NCBI GenBank assembly: GCA_023144635.1
Contig: JAGLFH010000030.1
Coordinates: forward strand, 18,386-82,385
DNA: 64,000 nt
Direction: 5' to 3'
DNA from: Candidatus Auribacterota bacterium
GTDB taxonomy: Bacteria; Auribacterota; JAFGBW01; JAFGJP01
Numbering within the stretch: the stretch's first letter is position 1; each line of letters opens with the position of its first letter. The notes beneath the pieces were generated by a model. The model saw nothing but the letters and a program-made list of their open reading frames with translations, made no database searches and was not told the origin of the DNA. Shown here one piece after another: positions 39,665 to 48,311 of this stretch. Position numbers and translations under genes: made by a program.

Positions 39665-42373
39665 ATGGAACTGGAATTAACGCCCGAAGAACGACAAGAG
39701 TTAAAATTAGAGTTTCTGTCTGAAGCAGAAGCCCATCTGAATGTTCTCAATGAAAATCTTCTTTATGTAGAAGAGTGCCTGAAAAATAATGAAGCTGTTG
39801 CCGATGAAAAGATCAATGCTATGTTTCGGGCTGCACATACGGTCAAGGGAGTATCTTCCACATTAAGCTATCATAAGATCAGCCGGCTGACCCATATTAT
39901 GGAAAATTTGATGGATAAAGTCCGCAAGAAAGAGGTGGACTTTAGTCAGGATATTATTGATGTTCTTTTTTCTTCTTTTGATATTCTGGAAAAAATAATA
40001 ACACAACTTCGTGAAGTAGACAGCGAAGAAGAGGATATTGAAGAACCAGTTAAAAAGTTAAATGAAGTTTTGGATAAGGCGTCTGCAAAAGAAAAAACAG
40101 AGGATGCCTTTGTTGAAGAAGAAGAGGAAGAAGAGAAGAAAACAGAGTTTGATCCTTCCAAATATATGCAGATGTTTATAGATGATTCTTTATATGATAT
40201 TGAGCAGTTTAATGAGAAGATGATAGCTTTTGAATCTGATCATAGCAATAAAGATCTTCTTAATGAACTGTTTCGTCTCATGCACACACTTAAGGCTTCA
40301 GCCGGAACAATAGGGCAGCAAAAAATACAAAAAATTGCTCATGCTATGGAAGAAATTCTTTCTTTATTGCGTGAGGGAAAGGCACAGATTAATGAGGAAC
40401 GGACATCTATACTTCTTGCGGGAGTTGATATCATAAAAAGTATTATCATGAATATTGTGAATAATGTTCAAGAGGAAGTGGACATTGATGATATCCTTGA
40501 TTCTCTTATTAAAAACAAGAAAAATCTCCTTGGTGAGCCGGCTTCTCAGGCCATAATATTTGAAGAAAGAATCTTGGAAATCAAGCAGCTTTCAAAAGAA
40601 GATAAAGATCAGCTTAAGCTCATGCTTGAAGAGGAAAAAGATATTTTTGAAGTTTCTTTCATTATTGATACATCTATTCAGATGAAGCCTGCAAAACTGG
40701 TTCTTGCTGAGGAAAGACTGAAAAAGGAAGGCATGCTGATCAGTTTGTATCCTGCCAGCGATATTGTGCCGGATGATTATAAAAAAGAGATACATGTGAG
40801 CTTCTTTTATGCGTCGGTTATTAATGAAAAAGATATTCATAAAAAACTTTTGCTTGACGGCATAAAAAATATTGAGATTATCCGTAAAGATATAGCGGAT
40901 TTAAAAAAATCGTTGGAAGAGAAAATAAAAGCAAAAACAGAGGATCCAAAAGACAAAACTAAAAAAGTGCCAGAGAAAAAAACATCTGCAAAAACTCCTG
41001 TTATGCAGGAAATGTCAACTGTCAGGATTGATGTTAGAAAGCTGGATGATCTGCTTAATCTGGCTGGTGAACTTGTTATAACACGGGCACGTTTTGCGCA
41101 GATGGTACAGGGCTTTTATCATACGGTCAATGAAGGAAATGAAGTTTTTACAAAGATTGAAAATATAAAAGCCATGATGCAGAATAATCAAAAGCAAATC
41201 CAGCTTATGTTGGGGCAGAAAACACAGTTCGCTGTTATTGAAAAAATGGAAAAAGTTTTTTCAGATTTTGATATGCTTATGGAATGGCTGGAAGAGAAGA
41301 GCACTGCTCATCAGTTTAAAAGTTATATTCGTGAACTGGATGAGATAACCGGAGGATTGGGTAAGCTATCAAGCGATATCCAGAGTGGTGTTATGCAGAC
41401 ACGCATGATTCCGGTGGAAGGCGTCTTTAACCGTTTCAAAAGGGTTGTTCGCGATCTTTCCAAAGATCTCAATAAGAAGATCCAGCTTGTTATTGAAGGT
41501 GAAGAGACAGAACTGGATAAAAAAGTCATTGATTCTCTGGGTGATCCTTTGACCCATATTGTACGCAATGCCGTTGACCATGGAATAGAGAATCCTCAGA
41601 AGAGGAAAGAACAGGGTAAACCGGAAATAGCTACAGTTGTTCTTCGCGCTTATCATAGCGGCAACAATATTTGTATTGAAGTCAAAGATGATGGCGGTGG
41701 CATTGACAGTAAAAAGATTTCTGAAAAAGCCATAGAAAAAGAGATGGTTACTCAAGAAGCTTTAGAAAAAATGAGTGAAAAGGAAATCCTGAATTTGCTT
41801 TTTTTGCCGGGTTTCAGCACAGCAGAAAAGGTTACAGGGGTATCCGGACGCGGTGTAGGAATGGATGTGGTCATAAAAATGATCGAATCTATTAAGGGGG
41901 CTATAGATATTAAGACCACTCTAGGAGAAGGAACCGTTTTTACTTTAAAAATCCCTCTAACACTGGCGATCATTCAGGCCCTTCTTGTGGATATAGCTGG
42001 TGAAAAATATGCTATTCCCATTGAATCCGTTGTGGAAATATTCAAAATATCACAAAAAGATATTTATTCTATTGATGGAAAACCTACAGTAAAAATACGC
42101 AATAATCCCATAGGGCTCCTGGAACTTTCTGATATTATTGGTATTGCGAACAGTCGGAATAGGGCTTCAAAGATTAGAAAAGTGGTTCTTATCAGCGATG
42201 GTGAAAACAAGATCGGTATAAGCGTTGATGAGCTTATAGGGGAAGATGAGATTGTCATTAAATCACTTTCAAAGCATTTTGAGGCAGTAAAAGGGATTTC
42301 TGGAGCATCCATACAGGGCGATGGCTCTATAGCACTTATTTTAGATCCACCAGGTATTATACGGAAAATATAA
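39665..42373 (+). CDS. cheA: chemotaxis histidine kinase CheA (two Hpt domains)
   Basis: Hpt1 (AAHTVKGVSSTL), Hpt2 (MHTLKASAGTIG), dimerisation, HATPase (DDGGGID, GVSGRGVGMDVV) and C-terminal CheW-like domain. Confidence 0.9.
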   Translation: MELELTPEERQELKLEFLSEAEAHLNVLNENLLYVEECLKNNEAVADEKINAMFRAAHTVKGVSSTLSYHKISRLTHIMENLMDKVRKKEVDFSQDIIDVLFSSFDILEKIITQLREVDSEEEDIEEPVKKLNEVLDKASAKEKTEDAFVEEEEEEEKKTEFDPSKYMQMFIDDSLYDIEQFNEKMIAFESDHSNKDLLNELFRLMHTLKASAGTIGQQKIQKIAHAMEEILSLLREGKAQINEERTSILLAGVDIIKSIIMNIVNNVQEEVDIDDILDSLIKNKKNLLGEPASQAIIFEERILEIKQLSKEDKDQLKLMLEEEKDIFEVSFIIDTSIQMKPAKLVLAEERLKKEGMLISLYPASDIVPDDYKKEIHVSFFYASVINEKDIHKKLLLDGIKNIEIIRKDIADLKKSLEEKIKAKTEDPKDKTKKVPEKKTSAKTPVMQEMSTVRIDVRKLDDLLNLAGELVITRARFAQMVQGFYHTVNEGNEVFTKIENIKAMMQNNQKQIQLMLGQKTQFAVIEKMEKVFSDFDMLMEWLEEKSTAHQFKSYIRELDEITGGLGKLSSDIQSGVMQTRMIPVEGVFNRFKRVVRDLSKDLNKKIQLVIEGEETELDKKVIDSLGDPLTHIVRNAVDHGIENPQKRKEQGKPEIATVVLRAYHSGNNICIEVKDDGGGIDSKKISEKAIEKEMVTQEALEKMSEKEILNLLFLPGFSTAEKVTGVSGRGVGMDVVIKMIESIKGAIDIKTTLGEGTVFTLKIPLTLAIIQALLVDIAGEKYAIPIESVVEIFKISQKDIYSIDGKPTVKIRNNPIGLLELSDIIGIANSRNRASKIRKVVLISDGENKIGISVDELIGEDEIVIKSLSKHFEAVKGISGASIQGDGSIALILDPPGIIRKI

Positions 42374-42376
42374 GAT

Positions 42377-42874
42377 ATGAATGACGAAAAACAACCTCAG
42401 ATTCTTTTTGCTGGAATGGCAGATATTGTGGTAGGCCAGGCTTCTGCTGTTATCAAGACCAATCTGGGATCATGCGTAGCAGTCTGTCTGTATGATGCGG
42501 GAAAAAAAGCCGGAGGTTTGCTTCACTGCATGCTTCCTAAGTATCAGCAGTTTAAGAATACAAGCAACAGCGGTAAAAAGGAAAAGTATGCGGATACAGG
42601 CATAGAGGAGCTTATAAAACGGTTGAAAACCACTTTTCAAACTGATGAAAAGAATCTTGTGGCTAAGATATTTGGAGGAGCAAAAGTACTGAAACTGATC
42701 AGTAAAAATATTGGGGACGAAAATGTTTCTTCTGTAAAAGAGACACTCAAGAAAAAAAATATCCGTATTGTTGCTGCAAAAACCGGAGGGCAGAAGGGAT
42801 ATAAGATAGACTTTCAATTGCAAACAGGTACAGTCATATGCCAGGTATTTGGCGAAAAAAAAGAGGTGTTTTAA
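42377..42874 (+). CDS. cheD: chemoreceptor glutamine deamidase CheD
   Basis: NLGSCVAVCLYD ... GGLLHCMLP catalytic Cys/His region. Confidence 0.8.
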   Translation: MNDEKQPQILFAGMADIVVGQASAVIKTNLGSCVAVCLYDAGKKAGGLLHCMLPKYQQFKNTSNSGKKEKYADTGIEELIKRLKTTFQTDEKNLVAKIFGGAKVLKLISKNIGDENVSSVKETLKKKNIRIVAAKTGGQKGYKIDFQLQTGTVICQVFGEKKEVF

Positions 42875-43459
42875 ATGACACAAGCCTTTAATTTAATAGC
42901 AAGAAGGAGTATTGATAAAGCTTCTCAGGTATTGTCAAAAGCTCTCAGGGCTGGCGCCAGGATAGAATGTGTAGAGATAAAGGAAGTGGACATCAGCGAG
43001 ATCACAGAAAGTATTTATCAGGATAATAGATCGGTTATTGGTGCCATTACAGAACTCGTGGGAGATACAAACTTAAGTTTTCTTTTTGTAGCTGATATTA
43101 AAGATGCATTTACGCTGACAGATCTTTTTTTACGAAAACCTGTAGGGACAACAAAAGAATTTAGTATTTATGTAGACAGCACCATTCAGGAGATCGGTAA
43201 TATGATATCCAGCTCTATCTCCAATGTTTTTTCAACAGATTTCAATGTTTCACTGAAACCAACGCCGCCGATAGTTGTAAAAGACTATGAAGGTTCTGTT
43301 TTTTCAGAGTTCGTACTTATAGATGAAAATATTGGAGATAAACTTTTTATTATAGATACACGTTTTTTTATTGTTGCACATGAGATTTCATGCAAGATGT
43401 ATCTGGTTCCAGCTAAAGGAACTTTGGAATCGCTGGAATTTTTTTTTGGTTCGATTTGA
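42875..43459 (+). CDS. CheC/CheX-family CheY-P phosphatase
   Basis: E-I-G-N motif (QEIGNMISSSISN... P); follows cheD, as in CheC-CheD pairs. Confidence 0.55.
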   Translation: MTQAFNLIARRSIDKASQVLSKALRAGARIECVEIKEVDISEITESIYQDNRSVIGAITELVGDTNLSFLFVADIKDAFTLTDLFLRKPVGTTKEFSIYVDSTIQEIGNMISSSISNVFSTDFNVSLKPTPPIVVKDYEGSVFSEFVLIDENIGDKLFIIDTRFFIVAHEISCKMYLVPAKGTLESLEFFFGSI

Positions 43460-43496
43460 AAACATAGGAAACAAATGTTTTAAAAGGGGTTGATGT

Positions 43497-43865
43497 ATGG
43501 GAAAAAAAATATTACTTGTGGATGATGCTCCGGTTATACGCTTAATGCTAAAAGACATTCTCTCTTTTCATGGCTATACGGTTATTGGCGAGGCCAATAA
43601 TGGGAATGAAGCGGTTAAGCTTTATAAAGAACTCAAACCGGATCTTGTGACCATGGATATTATTATGCCGGAAAAAGATGGTATTGAGGCCCTGAGAGAT
43701 ATTCTTATATCTGATCCGAATGCCCGGGTGGTTATGGTAACAGCCATAGATCAGAGAGAATCGCTTATCAAGGCCATCCGGCTGGGAGCTGTGGATTATA
43801 TTGTTAAACCTTTTGAGGAAGACCGCGTTATTTCAGCTATAAAAAAGGCTTTTGGAGAAGAGTAG
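43497..43865 (+). CDS. cheY: chemotaxis response regulator CheY
   Basis: Single REC domain: DD at N-term, phospho-acceptor D in LVTMDIIMP, T (VTAI), K (IVKPF). Confidence 0.85.
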   Translation: MGKKILLVDDAPVIRLMLKDILSFHGYTVIGEANNGNEAVKLYKELKPDLVTMDIIMPEKDGIEALRDILISDPNARVVMVTAIDQRESLIKAIRLGAVDYIVKPFEEDRVISAIKKAFGEE

Positions 43866-44740
43866 TGAAGCAAAACAAAGTTATTGAAAAATTGAAAAGT
43901 GTTCATGATTTGCCGACTTTGCCTATTGTTATTCAGAAAGTTCGGGAAACAGTAGCTGATCCTCACAAAAGCATGAAAGAGCTCTCCAATGTTATTAAAG
44001 ATGATCCGGCTATCATGACAAAGATCATGAAAGTCGTGAATTCCTCTTTTTATAGTTTTCAGGACCCTATCACATCTTTACCGCATGCTGTAAGTATTTT
44101 GGGCCAGGATGCCATTCAGAATATTGCCATGAGCCTTACGGTTTTTGATTCTTTTCGTCAAATAAAGGAACCTTCTTTTAGTATCATGGAATTCTGGACC
44201 CATTGCATTAGTGTTGGGCTTGGAGCAAATATTGTTTTTGAAAAAATAGATCCGTCTTTAAAAAAAAATGTAACAAAAGATATGCTGCATCTTGCAGGCA
44301 TTGTTCATGATATAGGCATAATTACTCTTGAGAAGTATTTTCATAAGGAATTCAGAGCTATCCTTAAATATGCTTCACGGGAAAAGATCCCTATTTATGA
44401 AGCAGAGTACAGTATTTTGCAGACAACGCATGAAGAAGTCGGGGCATATTTGGCAGAAAAATGGCTTTTGGGAAAAGAATTTCAGGAGGTTATTCGCTGG
44501 CATCATCATCCTCATCAAGCTAGTGAGAACTATTCTACATTGGTATCAGTTATTCATATTGCGGATTATATTTGCAATTTTCAGAATATTGGTTTTGGCA
44601 AAAATCTGGAAGTTCCAGTTTTTTACAAAGATATCTGGAAAACACTTGGATTGGAAGTCAGTCAAATTCCGGAAATTGATAAAAGTATTAGAACAGAAGC
44701 GAAAAAGTCGGAAATTCTTCTTGCTTTATTAAAAGCATAA
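43865..44740 (+). CDS. HDOD-domain protein
   Basis: HD-related output domain signature (GIVHDIGIITLEKYF, HH..P); GTG start overlaps the cheY stop (taGTG). Confidence 0.7.
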   Translation: MKQNKVIEKLKSVHDLPTLPIVIQKVRETVADPHKSMKELSNVIKDDPAIMTKIMKVVNSSFYSFQDPITSLPHAVSILGQDAIQNIAMSLTVFDSFRQIKEPSFSIMEFWTHCISVGLGANIVFEKIDPSLKKNVTKDMLHLAGIVHDIGIITLEKYFHKEFRAILKYASREKIPIYEAEYSILQTTHEEVGAYLAEKWLLGKEFQEVIRWHHHPHQASENYSTLVSVIHIADYICNFQNIGFGKNLEVPVFYKDIWKTLGLEVSQIPEIDKSIRTEAKKSEILLALLKA

Positions 44741-44816
44741 AAAGAGAAGATTTCTTGTTAAATAGACAGGTTTATTTTAAAGTATTAACTATATAAAATT
44801 TTTATTGAGAGGTTAA

Positions 44817-45188
44817 ATGAGCAATATTTTAATTGTAGATGATTCTCCTGTTATGCGTATGCTTGTAAAAAAGGGTTTGAAGCAGGCAGGTTATACTTTT
44901 ACTTCTGTTGAGGCCGGAAATGGAGTGGAAGGTTTACAAAAATTCGACGGTAATACTTTTGATCTTGTTCTAACCGACTGGAATATGCCTCAAATGAATG
45001 GTCTTGAATTTGTGAAAGAGATTCGCAAGAGACCGGATGCTCAACATTTACCTATTATTCTTATAACAACAGAAACATCTCCTGAAAAGATCAAGCAGAT
45101 TGTAGATGCCGGGGCCAATGGCTGTGTTTCCAAACCCATAACACCTATAAAATTAAGAGCAAAAATAGATAGTTATATAAAACAATAA
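44817..45188 (+). CDS. CheY-like single-domain response regulator
   Basis: REC: LIVDDSPVMR ... LVLTDWNMP ... ILITT ... CVSKP. Confidence 0.85.
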   Translation: MSNILIVDDSPVMRMLVKKGLKQAGYTFTSVEAGNGVEGLQKFDGNTFDLVLTDWNMPQMNGLEFVKEIRKRPDAQHLPIILITTETSPEKIKQIVDAGANGCVSKPITPIKLRAKIDSYIKQ

Positions 45189-45197
45189 GGCGGCATT

Positions 45198-46208
45198 ATG
45201 GGCTTAGAAAATGTTCTCAATTCAGAGGAAACAATTTATTTCCGGCAAACCTTCTCTAATGTGTTACAAATGGTAGGGCAGGACTTGAATACTTTGCTTC
45301 AAAACGCACTTTCTATGAAAGATATAGTCGTTGATTTTCAATCCAAAGAGCAAGCATCAGAGGAATTTTCAGATGCATTTATAAAATCAGTGAGCCTTTG
45401 GGAGGGAAAATGTTCTTCGCAGGTGGATTTTCTTTTTCGGTCTCGGGATGCCAAGGCATTATCCCAGGTCCTTATGGGTGAATTTAAGGGTATGCCCGGA
45501 GAAGATGAGGAAATGACAAATGAAGATCTGGAAATATTTAAGGAAATATCCAATCAGATAAACGGATCTTTGGACAAAGCTCTCCGAAATGCCTTTAGCT
45601 TTGACTTTCATGCCCTTTTGGGAGATGTTGAAAAGCTGGATCTGCTTCCCATGGAAAAGAGAACAGGTTATTTTTCTCATGAGGGATACCTTATCGTAAA
45701 AAATGAGTTTTCAATAAAAGATTCGGAAAAAACATATTGGGCCCTTTTGATTCCTATGGAAATTATTAGGCAGATCAGCACTCTGCAGAGTGAAAGTATC
45801 GGAGATGAAATACAGGATGAGATTTTTGAAAAAAGAAGATATGCTCTTGTTACAGACGATGATCCAGTTATGAGAAAAATTATGAAAAAATATCTTGAAA
45901 AACTTAATATTACTTCATTGGATGCTGTGGATGGAATGGATGCCATAAAAAAAGCTAAAGATTCACGTTTTGATATAATTTTTTTGGATATTATTATGCC
46001 TAATATGGATGGGATATCAACGCTGAAAAAATTAAAAATCATGTCGGAGACAAGAAATGTTCCTATACTTATGGCTTCAAGCAAGAGTACAAAAGAGGAA
46101 GTTATTAATGCTTTAAAATCAGGTGCCAGTGATTTTTTAGTTAAGCCAATAACATTAAAGGAACTGTTTCTGCGTTTAAAAAGAGTGTTGAGTAGTAAAA
46201 AGTCTTAA
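45198..46208 (+). CDS. response regulator with N-terminal CheX/CheC-like domain and C-terminal REC
   Basis: C-terminal REC (ALVTDDDPVMRK ... IIFLDIIMP ... LVKP). N-terminal ~200 aa has an E-I-S-N ... P spacing reminiscent of CheX phosphatase motifs. Confidence 0.5.
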   Translation: MGLENVLNSEETIYFRQTFSNVLQMVGQDLNTLLQNALSMKDIVVDFQSKEQASEEFSDAFIKSVSLWEGKCSSQVDFLFRSRDAKALSQVLMGEFKGMPGEDEEMTNEDLEIFKEISNQINGSLDKALRNAFSFDFHALLGDVEKLDLLPMEKRTGYFSHEGYLIVKNEFSIKDSEKTYWALLIPMEIIRQISTLQSESIGDEIQDEIFEKRRYALVTDDDPVMRKIMKKYLEKLNITSLDAVDGMDAIKKAKDSRFDIIFLDIIMPNMDGISTLKKLKIMSETRNVPILMASSKSTKEEVINALKSGASDFLVKPITLKELFLRLKRVLSSKKS

Positions 46209-46303
46209 ATAGTAAATTATTATCGGGGCTAGATAAAAGTAAAACCTAATAGATCTATTTATGTGTCGAGCAATAGTGATGTCTGACTAAAAGGAGACAA
46301 AGC

Positions 46304-46699
46304 ATGAAAAATGCCGGAGACATAATGTCAAAAGACATTCTGACAGTTCGTTCAAAAGATTCGATTGCAAAAACAATAGGAATAATGATCGATTATAAAG
46401 TAAGCGGTTTACCTGTTGTGAATGAATATAATGAAGTTATCGGCGTCATTTCAGAAAATGACCTGTTAACCATTCATGAATTATATGAAAATAATACCGG
46501 CTCAGGAATGGATACTCATATTATGACAGTGGATACTTTCATGACACCTAACCCGATTACAATAAAACAGGATATGTCTATAAAAGATGTCTCAAAGATT
46601 CTTGTAGAAAAACGAATAAAACGTTTACCTGTTGTTGACAGCAGCAGAATACTTCTTGGCGTTGTCAGCCGTTCAGATATTTTAAAACTGCTCAGATAA
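46304..46699 (+). CDS. CBS-domain pair protein
   Basis: Two CBS repeats (VSGLPVVNEYNEVIGVISENDLL and IKRLPVVDSSRILLGVVSRSDIL). Confidence 0.75.
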   Translation: MKNAGDIMSKDILTVRSKDSIAKTIGIMIDYKVSGLPVVNEYNEVIGVISENDLLTIHELYENNTGSGMDTHIMTVDTFMTPNPITIKQDMSIKDVSKILVEKRIKRLPVVDSSRILLGVVSRSDILKLLR

Positions 46700-46751
46700 T
46701 ACGTCTACGTTATGGTATTACTCTGCTATATTTTGTCAGAAAGGAATAATT

Positions 46752-47177
46752 ATGCCAGATAAAGGCAAAACAGATATTTTGGTTATTGATGATGACCTTG
46801 CCATCAGAAAGACTCTAAGGAATTTTTTAACAAAGGCTGGTTATTCAATAATAACAGCTTCTGATGGAGAAGAGGGAATTGAAAAGATAAAGCAAATGGG
46901 AATTAAAATAATTATTTGTGATATTGTCCTGCCCAAATTAGAGGGAATTGACTTTTTGAAACAGGCTAAAGAGTATAGCTTTATGACAGAGGTCATCATG
47001 ATAACCGGTCATTCTTCAATGGAGCGTTGCGTTGAAGCAATAGAGGCGGGTGCATGTGGTTACTTGAAAAAGCCTTTTGATCTGGAAGAGATTCTTAAAT
47101 ATATAGAAAAGGCGGAAAGAAATATTAATGAACGAATGGATCTTATAAAAGAAGCTATGAAGAAAAAAAATAATTGA
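46752..47177 (+). CDS. stand-alone response regulator receiver protein
   Basis: REC: LVIDDDLAIRK ... IIICDIVLP ... IMITG ... YLKKP. Confidence 0.8.
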   Translation: MPDKGKTDILVIDDDLAIRKTLRNFLTKAGYSIITASDGEEGIEKIKQMGIKIIICDIVLPKLEGIDFLKQAKEYSFMTEVIMITGHSSMERCVEAIEAGACGYLKKPFDLEEILKYIEKAERNINERMDLIKEAMKKKNN

Positions 47178-47222
47178 ACGTAAACTATTTATAAAAAGTA
47201 TATTAATTTAAAGGAGAACGGT

Positions 47223-47966
47223 ATGAAACGAATAGAAACATTAGTATCATTAACAATTTTTATTTTTGTGTTGTCTTTTGCTATTTACGGTTATTCCGAG
47301 GAAATAACACTAAATGCAGAAATTCAGAGTAAATATCTTGGAAGAGGCGAACTCCCTACAGACGGTCCTGTTTTTCAGCCATCGATTAATTTTGAGAATA
47401 AGGGTTTTACCATAAATGTATGGGGAAGTATGGATCTTGATGATGTAAATGCTAATAAAAATGAATTTAATGAATTAGACCTTACTTTAGAGTACGCTTG
47501 GAGCTATGAAGAGTTTGATCTTAGTGCAGGATTGATCCTCTATAGCTTTCCGAATACTGTTGCAGAAAATACAGGTGAAGTCTATTTGGGTATTACAGGA
47601 AATTACAAGCTTTCACCTTCTATTACTCTTTTTTATGATTATGAAGAAGGAAATGGTCTATATGCTTCATTTGATATTGGACATAATTCACCGCATTTGA
47701 GAATTTCAGATAATGCAACTTGTGAAGTATGTTTTAATGCAGGAATAGGCTGGGCCGATTCAAATATGACTAATTTCTTGTTTGGTGTAGATGATTCAGC
47801 TTTATCAGATTTCCATGCAGCATTAAAAGTTCCTATAGCACTTTCTGAGAGCTGGACAATAGAGCCTAGCGTTTCAGTTTCTACTTTACTTGACAGTAGC
47901 GTTAAAGATGCTGCTGATAATAACGGAAATGCTTCTATGGGTATAAATGTAAGCTACATATTTTAA
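47223..47966 (+). CDS. small outer-membrane beta-barrel protein (Gcw_chp/TIGR02001-like), paralog 2
   Basis: 247 aa, colinear with 26778..27521 (same length and motif blocks); terminal ...GINVSYIF. Confidence 0.55.
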   Translation: MKRIETLVSLTIFIFVLSFAIYGYSEEITLNAEIQSKYLGRGELPTDGPVFQPSINFENKGFTINVWGSMDLDDVNANKNEFNELDLTLEYAWSYEEFDLSAGLILYSFPNTVAENTGEVYLGITGNYKLSPSITLFYDYEEGNGLYASFDIGHNSPHLRISDNATCEVCFNAGIGWADSNMTNFLFGVDDSALSDFHAALKVPIALSESWTIEPSVSVSTLLDSSVKDAADNNGNASMGINVSYIF

Positions 47967-47991
47967 TTAAAGATTTAATATATTGTATTAA

Positions 47992-48023
47992 AAGGGACAG
48001 GCAAAAAACTGTCCCTTTTTTTG
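47992..48023 (+). terminator. rho-independent terminator
   Basis: AAGGGACAG-gcaaaaaa-CTGTCCCTT followed by TTTTTTG. Confidence 0.65.
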
Positions 48024-48170
48024 TTAATAATTAGGTTTGATTTTATAGTTGTTTTAATTAGAACTATCTTTTATCCTATCTGATACATTGTAAATATACG
48101 TTTAGCCTGAATTTTATTGACATTTTATAATACCAATAGACATAATATATATAGTAGCTTTCTTGTTTAG

Positions 48171-48290
48171 ACGAAGCCTTGTGCATAGTCTGAATGCGAA
48201 GGCGGATGTTTCGGGCGAAGATTTTATATCACAGCTCGCGAAGCGCGACCTGTGAAACCACGGACGTGAGTCCGTGGTAATTCACATAGG
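48171..48290 (+). repeat. GC-rich structured intergenic repeat, copy A (modules AAGGCGGAT..CGGGCG / GAAGCGC / GTGAAA+hairpin)
   Basis: gcgAAGGCGGATgtttCGGGCGaag; gctcGCGAAGCGCgac; ccTGTGAAAccacggacgtgagtccgtggtaattcaca. Confidence 0.5.
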
Positions 48291-48311
48291 CTTTATTTTA
48301 GGCGGTAGATT

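Noticed and set aside
44328-44732. 134-aa alternate-frame ORF inside the HDOD gene
   Set aside because: Overlaps a domain-supported ORF in another frame; Lys/Phe-rich low-complexity product.
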